This document shows positions 51,350-63,683 of a stretch of DNA of 64,000 nt, piece by piece. Both the position numbers and the translations under genes were made by a program. The stretch is from Podarcis pityusensis (lineage: Eukaryota). The DNA is taken from the NCBI GenBank assembly GCA_964106645.2, contig OZ067039.1; one strand, written 5' to 3'. The notes under the pieces were generated by a model. That model was given only the letters and a program-made list of their open reading frames with translations. It had not been told where the DNA came from and did not search any database. The stretch's first letter is position 1, and every line of letters begins with the position of its first letter.

Positions 51350-51556
51350 TATTGAAGGAAAATCCTAGTCCAATTGGCTTCCGTATGTTCCTTGGGAGAG
51401 AGCAACATCTTGTCCTTCACCTCAGGCAGCAAAATGTCTTGAACTGGCCCTGATTGCCTTAAGTGCTAACCTCCAGTTTGCAGATCTGAAGCCCTACAGT
51501 CCAGGAAATCCACAAATGACAATGCCAGTACTGTGTGTGGAGTGAAACTCTACACC

Positions 51557-51692
51557 AGGTGTGAGGAACCTTTAGTCTTCCAGATATTGCTGAACTACAA
51601 CTCCCATCAGGCCCAGTAAACATGGCCAATGGCCAGGGATGGTGGGAGTTGTAGTTCAGCAACATCTGAAGGGCCAAAGGTTCCCCTTACCT
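51557..51692. mobile_element. Short hAT MITE (representative; related copies near 1965, 4305, 14820, 29960, 35215, 38965, 47530, 51880, 54325)
   Basis: GGAACCTT..CCAGATATTGCTGAACTACAACTCCCATC...GGGAGTTGTAGTTCAGCAACATCTG..AGGTTCC palindrome. Confidence 0.8.
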
Positions 51693-52122
51693 GCTCCAGA
51701 CAGTCACTCTATCCTGAGTTCAAAAGTTCTAAAAACCTGGGTGGGACCAAGGAAGAGCCCCCCTTTGGAAGCCACACTTCCATAATGCAACAGTTACTGA
51801 AATGAAAAAGGAACGTTAGAAATCAAGGCAGAAGCTCTTGCATTATCCCCAGTAAAACTAGTGCAATGAACTGAGTGTGATTAGGAATCTATAGTTCTCC
51901 AGATGTTGCTGTACCACAACTCCCATCATCTTTGACCATTAGCTATGCTGGCTGGGGCTGATGGGAGTTTGAGCCCAAGAACCACATGTTCTTTATCCCT
52001 GTTGCAAAATATGTGCATATCTAAAAATGCTCCTGATTCTTGAAATCAAAATATAACTTCTGACAATGTCATGATCCTTTCGGGTAGTGACCTCCTCCAT
52101 GACCTCTCTCAGGTAGACTCAC

Positions 52123-52165
52123 CTGCATTCCTGCAGCCAGCTCTCAATCTTATTGGATGAGCTCC
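52123..52165 (-). CDS. TESPA1: TESPA1 coding exon 2 (GSSSNKIESWLQEC)
   Basis: 43 nt, ttccaacag / gtgagt, matches the NKIEDWLQDC motif, frame-consistent. Confidence 0.9.
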
Positions 52166-53164
52166 CTGTTGGAAACAAAGAAAAAGTGCTAGGGCTCCTC
52201 ACAGACTGGATAAGTTACTGTGATGATCCACATCTCTGCTGGGGCCAAATGCAGCCATCTAAGGCTTGTTAGCCAGCCTCTCAGCAAACCACGTGGGCAG
52301 GATGCCTGATGTCGCCACTACATAGGCAGTAGCAAAAGAAGAGGAGAATGAGGAAGAGGAAGAACACCTGAAAGTGAGTAATGGAATGAATGTGGTTTAA
52401 ACATATGAATAATTAAATGAACTCATTATTTGGTAGTCATTATGGCCCTGTGAGCCCTTATTGCTGCTGAACAGCTGCATAACAGTGGAGGGTGCAATTT
52501 GCATAGAAGCAGGAGGAAGAATGCTTAACCCTTCCCTTCCCTGCAGCTTTCCCTCCAGCTATCTGATTGCTTTTCCTTAAAAAAAAAGTGTATATATACA
52601 CACATCAAATATACAATAAAAAAGAAAAAACATATATACATACATTAAAAAGGAAAAAGAAAAAGACCTCCAAAACAAACATTTTCTAATACACTTCTAC
52701 GTAAGGAGTACAAGCCGCCTCTGACTGCTTTTCCACATGGTTGCCTGCTGTGCTGGACTTCTTTTCTCCATGCTCAAGGAATAAGAGCTCACCATTCTAA
52801 AATTAAGTTAGAACAACCCTGTGTTAGCTGTTGGCATAAAAAATGACATGTATGGGAGGGGGGGATTTGCAAAAGAGAAGCAGTACTGGGAAGAGAGACA
52901 TGACCCTTTCCCTGACCACTGCTTTCCCTCACAATCCAACTGGTGCTTTTTACTCCATCAGAGATTCTAATAAGTTTTTACTGAAAAGCAGCAGGGAGGA
53001 GAGGTTGTGAAGGAAAAGAAATGAGTGTGGAAGGATTAAAACCCCTCCCCACCAGGGGAGAAAAAGCAAGTGGGAAGAAGATGCTGAACCTTTCCCCCCA
53101 TCCAGCCCTGCTTGTCTCCTGAAATGCTCTCCCCATGTTGCTTTTGACTTTCAGGCTCTGAGCC

Positions 53165-53605
53165 AGCCCATCTTGCCCATAGAGGCTAGTGGCACCGGGG
53201 CGTCAAGTTCTGGAGGGCGCCAGGCAAGAGTCCAGGGAACACCGAATGAGCGCGCTAAGTGAGCGAGGGCGCATGTGCCGCTCCCGCCGAGCGTCAGCTC
53301 AGTTTCCCCCCTTTTCCCCTGCAGACACCGAATTCTGCGGGGTGCCAGAAGGCTAAAAGGGAAAAAACCGAGCCAACACTCGGCGGAAGCGATGCATGTG
53401 CCCTCACTCGCTTGGCGCAGGCCCGCTCACTTGGTGTGCTGCCTGCCGTGGCCACCACAGCAAGAAGCGGCCAGCTGAGCCGGGAGGCGCCTGCCCTCCA
53501 GCTGCTGCCCGCCTCCTCCAGTCCTAAAAAAAGGTTGACAACTCTGGGAAAGGGGGGGCACCAGAGGGATCTTTGCACCACAGCGCCGGATATTAAGACG
53601 GCCCT
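53165..53605. mobile_element. GC-rich hAT-like non-autonomous element
   Basis: CpG-rich block ending ...TAAGACGGCCCT; 5' TIR degenerate. Confidence 0.5.
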
Positions 53606-55312
53606 CGCTCTGACACCAGATGTAAGCTTGGGGTACCATTCTAGACTCTGGAATTGAACCATGGTCATGAACACTTACTTAAAAATGCAAGTAAGTCTGC
53701 CCTATTGCATTTGCAGGCCCTCTTGCTGATTTGGCTGAGGGAGGCCCTCAACTGCTGCTGCAAAGTCCCTCCTTGATAACACCACTGAGTAAGTGCAGCG
53801 GAGGAGAATGCAGCTCAAGGTGGCTATCACAGAGGAGGAAGCAGGGTGGAAGAGCACAACATCCCTTTCTAAACAGCCACATTCCTGTTTCCACACATCG
53901 TTTATTCTTTGCACACAACCCATGTTCTGACAGACAAGGATGCGCTGCCATCCTGCCCAGTGAGACCGCTTAGAAAGCAACACACACAGAATCTGCTGCA
54001 TTCAAAGTCCAAGTGGGTCTCCCCTGCCCAGAAAATGCACTTTTTTATGTTCGCTTTGCCAATAACATATGAGTTGCATAATGTAACATGGATGTTATTT
54101 TATTTGTGCTGCAGGGGGGAGTGGAAACCTTCTGCCCATTTTCCATACTTGTAATAGAAAAAAGAGAAAGTGAGAGAAAGTGGGGGAGGAAGAAGTGCAG
54201 AGGGGACATTGAAATGGCTCAGGGGAATGCATGGGTGCCTGACTACACGGGGGAGGCTGACAGCTCAGTGGTGGAGCTCATGGCTTGCTTACAAAATCTC
54301 TAGAATCTCAGCTAGCAAAAGGCTAGGGTGGGGTAGTGCCCTCCAGATGTTGTTAAGCAGTTTAGCCCTGGCCAGCATGACCAATGGTGAGAACTGGAGT
54401 TCAGCAACATCTGGAGCAACTTTTGTCTCCATGGACCACTTGAAAATGCTAATGGTGGGCCACTTAATGAGTTTTCTGCCTGCTGTAGCAATTGTAATGT
54501 AACATACTAGATGCTGTGCAATTTTAAATTGTATTTTATTGCTGCTTTTGTTTCCCTGCATATGCTATATATTTTACTGTAATGCAATTTGCATTCCATA
54601 GAATTCAAATGGCAAGGTAGTACAAGAGAGCTCAAGAAATAAAAGAAGCAATAGAGATGCAATTTAAAATCCATATGAGTACTGAATGTCCCATGCTGTG
54701 GACCACCTGAATGAAGTTGTGGACCACTGGTAGTCCCCAGACCACAGTTTCAAATGCCCTGATTTAGAGGATGCCACAGTGGCTACCTACCCCTGAGTTA
54801 GAGAATCATCTCTAGGAGAGGTTCTTGTTGTCAGGGCTGGGTTTAATGGGCCAGTGGCTTGATGCAGGAAGAAGAAAGGCACTGTGGGAACAAAGCTCTC
54901 ACCACATCACTCTGCTGAGTGTTTGCATGTGTGAGTATTGGCTCACAGCCAAAGTGATAGAAATGCCTATCAACAAATTGACTCAGTTTGTAAGTATTAC
55001 TTTCTTCTTTCCCACCCATCCCCAAATGCTATTTCAGAGAGGCCGCCCACCTTTCTTTCTAAAACACCACATTAGTGTTTGTGCATTTATCTGTTCATTC
55101 ATATAGTTATATGCATATGAAAAGTTTTGAAAATGGGGGTTGAAAACAAGAAGTTTGGGGGTGAGAAGCATGGGCAGACAAGCCCATTAGCACCACACAC
55201 ATACAGGTTCTGTATCAAACATTTTGACCTTCTTTCCAAGCTCAATTCTGGAAAGAAAATGCTTATTTGGGCAGACCACAGTGAGGTTGCTTCCAGAGCA
55301 TTTCCACTTTTC

Positions 55313-55487
55313 NNNNNNNNNNNNNNNNNNNNNNNNNNNNNNNNNNNNNNNNNNNNNNNNNNNNNNNNNNNNNNNNNNNNNNNNNNNNNNNNNNNNNNNN
55401 NNNNNNNNNNNNNNNNNNNNNNNNNNNNNNNNNNNNNNNNNNNNNNNNNNNNNNNNNNNNNNNNNNNNNNNNNNNNNNNNNNNNNNN
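55313..55487. other. Assembly gap (175 N)
   Basis: Run of N. Confidence 1.
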
Positions 55488-55596
55488 GAAGCTTCCAGTT
55501 TATCAGAGGGAGAAAGCATTCCCCAAGGGGGGAGGGAGAGCAGTGAATCTAATAGAAGAGAGCAACAGGAACAACAGGGAGGGACCGGCTGTTCAC

Positions 55597-57956
55597 TGGC
55601 CTTGCAGACAACTTCATTGTCCAGTAAGTGGGAGAAGCAACAAGAGGAACAGCCATTTTAGATCTGGTCCTAACCAATGTTGATGACCTGGTTAGTGGGG
55701 TAGAAGTGGAAGGATCATTAGGCGCGAGTGATCATGCTCTTCTGAAGTTTACTATACAGCGGAAAGGAGCAGCCAAGCATACTAGGACTCAATTTCTTGA
55801 CTTTAAGAAAGCCGACTTCATAAAACTTAGGGAAGTGCTGGGTAGGTCCCATGGACAGTAATACTAAAAGGAAAGGGAGTTCATGATGGCTGGGAGTTTG
55901 TTAAGAGGGAGATACTAAAAGCACAACGTCAGGCAATACCAATGAGATGGAAACATGGAAGGTGCCTAAAGAAGCCAGGGTGGCTATCTAAAGAACTTTT
56001 AACTGAGTTAAGATTTAAAAAGGATGTGTACAAAAAATGGAAAAGGGGGGAAACCACCAAAGTGAAATTCAAACAAATAGCCAGCACGTGTAGACACAAA
56101 GTCAGAAAAGCTAAAGCACAGAATGAACTCAGGCTTGCTAGAGAGGTTAAAAGCAACAAAAAAGGCTTTTATGGGTATGTTCGTAGCAAAAGGAAGAACA
56201 AAGAAACAGTGGGGTCACTCAGAGGAGAAGATGGTGAAATGCAAACAGGGGACACAGAAAGGGCTGAACTCCTCAATGCCTTCTTTGCCTCAGTCTTCTC
56301 CGATAAAGAAAACAATGCCCGACCTGAAGAATTTGGAGCAAATGATTCAGCAGAGGAAACACAGCCCAGAATAACTAAGAAGATAGTACAAGAATACTTG
56401 GCTAGTTTAGATGTATTCAAGTCTCCAGGGCCAGATGAACTGCATCCAAGAGTATTAAAAGAACTGGCAGATGTGATCTCAGAACCACTGGCAGTCATCT
56501 TTGAGAATTCCTGGAGAACAGGCGAAGTCCCGGCAGACTGGAGGAGGGCAAATGTTGTCCCTATTTTCAAAAAGGGGAAAAGAGAGGACCCAAATAATTA
56601 CCGCCCAGTCAGTCTGACATCAATACCAGGGAAGATTCTGGAGCAGATCATTAAGCAAACAGTCTGTGAGCACCTAGAAAGGAATGCTGTGATCACCAAT
56701 AGTCAGCATGGATTTCTGAAAAATAAGCCATGTCAGACTAACCTGATCTCGTTTTTTGACAGAATTACAAGCCTGGTAGATGAAGGGAACGCAGTGGATG
56801 TAGCCTACCTTGATTTCAGCAAGGCATTTGACAAGGTGCCCCATGATATTCTTGTAAAGAAGCTGGTCAAATGCGGTCTTGACTATGCTACCACTCAGTG
56901 GATTTGTAACTGGCTGACTGACTGAACCCAAAGGGTGCTCATCAATGGTTCCTCTTCATCCTGGAGAAGAGTGACTAGTGGGGTGCCACAGGGTTCTGTC
57001 TTGGGCCCGGTCTTATTCAACATCTTTATCAGCGACTTGGATGATGGACTCAATGGCATCCTGATCAAATTTGCAGATGACACCAAACTGGGAGGGGTGG
57101 CTAACACCCCAGAGGACAGGATCACACTTCAAAACGACCTTGACAGATTAGAGAACTGGGCCAAAACAAACAAGATGAATTTTAACAGGGAGAAATGTAA
57201 AGTATTGCACTTGGGCAAAAATATGAGAGGCACAAATACAAGAGGGGTGACACCTGGCTTGAGAGCAGTACATGTGAAAAGGATCTAGGAGTCTTGGTTG
57301 ACCACAAACTTGACATGAGCCAACAGTGTGACGCGGCAGCTAAAAAAGCCAATGCAATTCTGGGCTGCATCAATAGGAGTATAGCATCTAGATCAAGGGA
57401 AGTAATAGTGCCACTGTATTCTGCTCTGGTCAGACCTCACCTGGAGTACTGTGTCCAGTTCTGGGCACCACAGGTCAAGAAGGACACTGACAAACTGGAA
57501 CGTGTCCAGAGGAGGGCAACCAAAATGGTCAAAGGCCTGGAAACGATGCCTTATGAGGAACGGCTAAGGGAGCTGGGCATGTTTAGCCTGGAGAAGAGGA
57601 GGTTAAGGGGTGATATGATAGCCATGTTCCAATATATAAAAGGATGTCACATAGAGGAGGGAGAAAGGTTGTTTTCTGCTGCTCCAGAGAAGCGGACACG
57701 GAGCAATGGATCCAAACTACAAGAAAGAAGATTCCACCTAAACATTAGGAAGAACTTCCTGACAGTAAGAGCTGTTCGACAGTGGAATTTGCTGCCAAGG
57801 AGTGTGGTGGAGTCTCCTTCTTTGGAGGTCTTTAAGCAGAGGCTTGACAACCATATGTCAGGAGTGCTCTGATGGTGTTTCCTGCTTGGCAGGGGGTTGG
57901 ACTCGATGGCCCTTGTGGTCTCTTCCAACTCTATGATTCTATGATTCTATGATTCT
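55597..57956 (+). mobile_element. CR1 LINE, 5'-truncated, nested in the 5' LTR
   Basis: CR1 ORF2 ([40 protein letters not shown]), (ATTCTATG)n tail; several stops/frameshifts; the LTR resumes exactly (gttcac|aggaaagg) with no TSD. Confidence 0.96.
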
Positions 57957-58303
57957 AGGAAAGGCAAGGGTTAAGTTCTAGCTCAGATTCGGAGGAGGGG
58001 AGATACAGGCCAGCTCTAGCCAGGAGGTTAGAAAAAAGAGCGGGAAAACGAAGGGAAAGGCGCCTTCGCCATTTTGAGGGTGGCTGGTCACGGAGAAGCA
58101 GAGCTCAGAAGGTATCTGAAATAAGTGACTCTGAGGAATAATAGTTAAGAACTGTTTATAAGATTATTTTGTTAATACACAATAAAAAGTTATAAAAGAA
58201 CAAGAAGCGTTTGTGTGGTGATCTAAAGAGGACAACGACCAGTCCTGACAGAATACCTTCTGCTCTGCGCCTCTTCACTATAAGTAAAGAAGGAGAAGCC
58301 AAA

Positions 58304-59350
58304 ATGGAGGGAGCTGTGGCACCAGTTGGGCAAGGAGAAACCCCAGCACTCCAGCTAACATTACAGGACTTATGGCAACAGAACTTACAGTTGAAAAGTC
58401 AAGTCGACGTACTATTGGCAGCACTGGGTGAACATAGAACCATGTTGCATGCGACGCGGGGAGACAGAGTGAGTCAAACATTTACTGTGCGTCCACGTAG
58501 CTTCAAGGGAGAAAGCTCTGAATACATGGCTTTCAAGACAGAAATTTCTTACATAATTGAGATAAAGGATAAAGAATTTCAATCTGAGCAAGAGAAGGTT
58601 GCTTATGTGATTAATTTCTTGGAAGGGAGGGCTAAGGACTGTGTTATACCCCTAATATCTCGGAGGGATGCCGCCCTAGGAAATCTACAAATTTTTCTGC
58701 AGTATCTAGACACGATTTTCTTAGACCCTGCGCATGAAACAACCACAGCTAGGCAGCTGTTGAGAATGAGACAAGGAAAAGACACTGTGGGAGTTTATTG
58801 GTCCAACTTTAGTTTGCTGGTGCAGAAATTAAAATGGGATCTGAATTCCCCAACAGTTGCAGCCCTTTTTAGGGAAGGACTGAATAATGAGATTTTAGAC
58901 CAATTGGCCCAAATGCCAGAACCTAGTTCCTTGGACTCTCTGGTCCGAACGTGCCTGCAATTGAGCCTACGCATAGAACGGAGGGCTAGTGAAAAGAAGG
59001 AACAATGGAGACCGCGATGGTGGGAAAACAATATCGAAAGTACAGAAAGCAGAATGGGCAATGTGCCAGGACGAGAGCGGCCAGAGCCCATGGAATTAGG
59101 GGCAGCCAGACCCCTCCCAGTTACTACCTCTTCCATGGTAAGAGGAAATGAAGGGAGAGGAAGAGACACGAGGCGTTGCTTTGTCTGTGGAAAACCAGGG
59201 CATCTAGCACGACAATGTCGCAATTGTAAAGAATGGGAGTCTCTATCTGGAGCAGACATGGGAGAAGACAATTGCCTGAAGGAACTGCATCAGGGAAACA
59301 AATGTCCCTGGCTGGAAATGGGAGCTTGCAGCCGGGTGGAGGAACAATAG
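58304..59350 (+). CDS. gag: Retrotransposon Gag (capsid + CCHC zinc knuckle)
   Basis: PEG10/sushi-like capsid (KVAYVINFLEGRA, RQGKDTVGVY, EPMELG), CFVCGKPGHLARQC. Confidence 0.92.
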   Translation: MEGAVAPVGQGETPALQLTLQDLWQQNLQLKSQVDVLLAALGEHRTMLHATRGDRVSQTFTVRPRSFKGESSEYMAFKTEISYIIEIKDKEFQSEQEKVAYVINFLEGRAKDCVIPLISRRDAALGNLQIFLQYLDTIFLDPAHETTTARQLLRMRQGKDTVGVYWSNFSLLVQKLKWDLNSPTVAALFREGLNNEILDQLAQMPEPSSLDSLVRTCLQLSLRIERRASEKKEQWRPRWWENNIESTESRMGNVPGRERPEPMELGAARPLPVTTSSMVRGNEGRGRDTRRCFVCGKPGHLARQCRNCKEWESLSGADMGEDNCLKELHQGNKCPWLEMGACSRVEEQ

Positions 59351-62300
59351 AAGGCTCTCAATCAGAACCACCTATCCCAGGACTAACGGTGAAGGTGCAA
59401 CTACAACTACCCAATGGACATAGGGTCCAGGTAGAGACGCTGTTAGACTCAGGAGCGTCAGCAGATTTCATAGACCAGAAATTGGTACAGGAACACAAAA
59501 TCGCTTTGTTACCTTTGAATTTCCCACTACGAGTGAAAACAATCGACGGCAGACCGCTACTGTCAGGAGAAGTGACTTACAAGACTCCACCAATGAGAAT
59601 GGATATGAGTCATCACTCAGAGACCAGGGCATTTCATGTGACCAAACTAGCTGGGCACCCGATAGTCCTGGGCATGAGTTGGCTCAATCGTCACAATCCA
59701 GTGATTGCCTGGCATCAAAGGTCTTTGGTTTTTGGTTCGATCTATTGTATGACACATTGTTTGGGGCAAAAGGGGAAAATCTCTGTGGAAGTAATGGGAA
59801 CAGAGGTGGAAGGGAAGTTGATGGGGAATGAAAGTGAGATTTCGTCACAATATATTGCTTATCGGGATGTTTTTTGTGAAAAAGAAGTGGATAAACTTCC
59901 ACCACATAGGCCCTATGATTGCAAGATAGATCTAGTCCCTGGGGCACAGTTGCCACCAAGCAAGATATATGCCATGTCCGAAGTAGAATCTGCAGCATTG
60001 AGGGTGTTCCTGCAAAAGAATTTGCAGAGAGGTTTTATTAGAGAGTCCACGGCCTTGGGGGGTGCTCCCGTCTTTTTTGTCAAAAAGAAAGGGGAGGAAG
60101 AAGCACCGAGATTAGTATGTGACTTCAGAATCCTTAATAGCCAAATGAAGCCTCGTGTGTGCCCACTGCCACGTATAGATGACCTCTTAGAGAGAGTAAG
60201 GTCAGCCAAAGTCTTTACCAAGCTTGATCTACGAGGAGCATATAATCTGATAAGGGTCAGAGAAGGGGATGAGTGGAAAACCAGTTTTTGTACTAAGTAT
60301 GGTGCATTTGAATTCTTGGTAATGCCTTTTGGCTTGCAAAATGGCTCAGGGGTATTTCAAACCTTCATCAATCACGTCTTGGCAGGTATACTGGATCAGT
60401 TCTGTGTCTCTTATTTAGATGACCTCTTAATATATAGTGAAAGTATGGAAGAACATGTAAAACATGTCACGCAGGTGTTAGAGAGATTGAGGACCAACAG
60501 GTTATATGTGAAGTTAGAAAAGTGTAAGTTCCACACACAAAATGTGGAGTTCCTGGGATATTGCATTTCCCACAAAGGGGTCACATGGACCCCAGTAAAG
60601 TTCAGGCAGTGGTGGAATGGGAGGCACCTAAAACTAAGAAAGATCTACAGATGTTTTTAGGATTTGCTAATTTCTACCGTAAATTCATAGGTAATTACTC
60701 CAAAATCACAACACCACTGACTGATTGTCTAAGAGGCAAGGGGATATTCAGATGGTCTGAGGAAGCACAGAAGGCCTTTGATAAATTAAAGGCGGTGTTT
60801 GCTTCAGAAAAATATCTTATGCACCTAGATCCAAGTAAACGTATGAAGGTAGAAACTGATGCCTCTGATAGGGCTATTGGGGCCATTCTGCTGCAAAAGG
60901 ACAAGGAAGGGGACTGGAGACCCTGTGCATTCTACTCTAGAAAATTAAATCAATCAGAACAAAACTACACCATATTTGATAAGGAACTTTTAGCTGCGCA
61001 TGCTGCCTTTAAAGTGTGGAGACATTTTTTGGAAGGGGTATCACATCAGGTGGTGGTACAAACAGATCATAAGAATTTAGAGTATTGGAGAACTGCTAGA
61101 CAGCTAAACCAAAGGCAAATTAGGTGGGCGGAATTTTTTGCTGGGTTTAATTTTAGGATTGAGTACATACCTGGGCATCAAAACGTTCGTGCAGATGCGC
61201 TATCGCGCAAACCTGAGTATATGGAAGGAGAAGCACCTCCCAAGTTGCGAGAAATGCTGAGATCGGATCAGTGGGGGTGTGCAGCCGTAGTAGTGGACGG
61301 CAGGGAATTCCTGCGATTGACAGTAACAGATGAGTTTGCACAAAAGAAAATGGAGGAACTGAGAAAAGGTAGAGGGGAAGAGGAAGGTTTCAAGGAAAAA
61401 GGTGGATTGTTGTACAGGAGAGGGGTGCTGTATGTACCTGCAGGTGAATTAAGAGTTAAAGTGTTGAGGCAACATCATGATAACCCGACTGCAGGACATT
61501 TTGGTAGAGAAAAGACCCTGTATCAGATCACACGGCAGTTCTGGTGGCCAAAGTTGAGGGAGGAGATAACGCAATATGTAAGAGGTTGTGAAGTATGTCA
61601 ACGAGCCAAGGCACCCAGAGCAGCTCCTGCAGGGTTGTTACAACCTATGCCCACGCCGGGAAGGCCTTGGGATGTGGTGTCTATGGATTTTATAACGGAT
61701 CTACCATCATCGCATAGGCAGACAGTGATCTTTGTGGTGGTTGACATGCTAACCAAGATGGCGCATTTCATACCATGTGCCAAAATTCCGACCGCGCAGG
61801 AAACTGCAAAGATGTTTTTAGATAATATTTTTAGGTTGCATGGTATGCCATCACAAATCATTTCAGATAGAGGGGCCCAATTTACATCACAATTTTGGAG
61901 GAGGTTAATGCAGTTACTAGATGTGGAGCTAAGCCTCACGTCGGCGAGACACCCGCAAACCAATGGGGAAGCTGAAAGAACGAATGCAACACTACAACAA
62001 TATCTGAGGTGTTATGCTGGTTATCAGCAGAGCGGGTGGTTAGAGAAGTTGAGTCTAGCAGAGTTTGCGTATAATAATGCAATGCATGTATCTACGGGCA
62101 GAGCCCCATTTGTGACAAACTATGGCTTGCACCCAAGGGCATTCCCAGGTCAAGAGGAGCAGTTAGCAGTACCAGCAGCAGAACAAATGATAGAGGAGTT
62201 GAGGTGCATTCATGAGATATTGAAAGAGGATTTGGAAGAAGCTAAAGAGGCTTACAAGAGAGCTGCAGACAGGCACCGGCGAGTTGGGGAAGAAATCCAA

Positions 62301-63161
62301 GTAGGGAGCTGGGTATGGCTGTCTACCAAGGGACTACCAATACGAGGGAGGTGTAAAAAGCTAGAACCAAGGAGATTGGGACCTTTCCAAGTAAAGGCTC
62401 AAATTAACCCAGTTGCTTTCAAGCTTCATTTACCTGAAAATATGAGAATACACCCTGTATTTCATAGATCTTTATTGTCAGTGTTTGTACCAGCACATAA
62501 GTATCAAAGTTCAAGGGAACCACCTCCTTTTCCCACCATGATGGGGGAAGAGGAGACCGAAGTGGAAGAGATATTAGACTCGAGAATAAGTAGGAGGAAA
62601 TTACAGTATTTGGTTGCATGGAAAGGGTTAGATGAGTCTGAGAACTCATGGGAACCAGCAGAAAAAATTAACGTTCCAGAATTGCAGAGAGAATTTCATA
62701 GAAAATATCCCCACAAGCCAAAACCCCATAACTGGCATATTCAAGAAATTTTTGAAGAGACAGATAGCGAGGAGGAAGAGTTCATAGGGTTCGGTCCTTC
62801 AGAAACAGAGGAGAGCAAGAAGAAGGAAGGGGGGCTTAGGGGAGGGGGTGATGTCAGGGAAGAGTTAGAAGTTTCCAGTTTATCAGAGGGAGAAAGCATT
62901 CCCCAAGGGGGGAAGGAGAGCAGTGAATCTAATAGAAGGGAGCAAGAGGAACAACAGGGAGGGACCAGCTGTTCACAGGAAAGGCAAGGGTTCAGTTCTA
63001 GCTCAGATTCAGAGGAGGGGAGATACAGGCCAGCTCTAGCCAGGAGGTTAGAAAAAAGAGCGGGAAAACGAAGGGAAAGGCGCCTTCGCCATTTTGAGGG
63101 TGGCTGGTCACGGAGAAGCAGAGCTCAGAAGGTATCTGAAATAAGTGACTCTGAGGAATAA
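59299..63161 (+). pseudogene. pol: Retrotransposon Pol (PR-RT-RNaseH-IN-chromodomain) with one frameshift lesion near 60583
   Basis: LLDSGA protease, YLDD RT, TDAS/DALSR RNase H, HHCC + DDE integrase, GPF motif, chromodomain. The ORF breaks at GTC AC ATG GAC (apparent 1-nt deletion) between track ORFs 59233-60660 and 60561-63161. Confidence 0.93.
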
Positions 63162-63270
63162 TAGTTAAGAACTGTTTATAAGATTATTTTGTTAATACAC
63201 AATAAAAAGTTATAAAAGAACAAGAAGCGTTTGTGTGGTGATCTGAAGAGGACAACGACCAGTCCTGACA

Positions 63271-63304
63271 GATAGATAGATGATAGATAGATAGATAGAT
63301 AGAT

Positions 63305-63347
<43 letters not shown>

Positions 63348-63350
63348 GAT
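63271..63350. repeat. (GATA)n microsatellite abutting the 3' LTR
   Basis: Direct reading. Confidence 0.97.
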
Positions 63351-63683
63351 ACTGGCTCAAGGAGTTGGCCCTATTGGATCAGACCAAAAATCCATCTAAT
63401 TCAGCACCCTCTTCTCAGAATGGCCATCCAGAGGCCTAAGGGAAGCCCACAAACAAAAGGATGCATCAAAGCAAGCTGTACTAAAGGAATGAAAAATTGG
63501 GCCATTAATTTCAATGGGACCCAAGTTCAGCTCACTTAGCCTGTGTCAGCTTCTACCTACCACCCCCATAAAACAGCTTGTCTACAAGCCATGGAGATTG
63601 TATACACTGTCTGAAAGCACCTCACACTGAAATATTATTACATAATGAGAGTAGGAGTAAATGTGTGTAAGCAGTTTCCCCAC

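Larger units (their letters stand above)
55488..63270 (+). mobile_element. Ty3/Gypsy chromovirus (Tf1/sushi-like) LTR retrotransposon, near full length, in a TESPA1 intron (antisense to the gene)
   Basis: 3' LTR 62852-63270 (TGTCAGG...CCTGACA, 419 bp) after a polypurine tract; 5' LTR 55488-55596 + 57957-58250 (start lost in the N gap); gag-PR-RT-RH-IN-chromodomain order. Confidence 0.96.

Noticed and set aside
55127-55661. ORFs spanning the N run
   Set aside because: Artefacts of the assembly gap.
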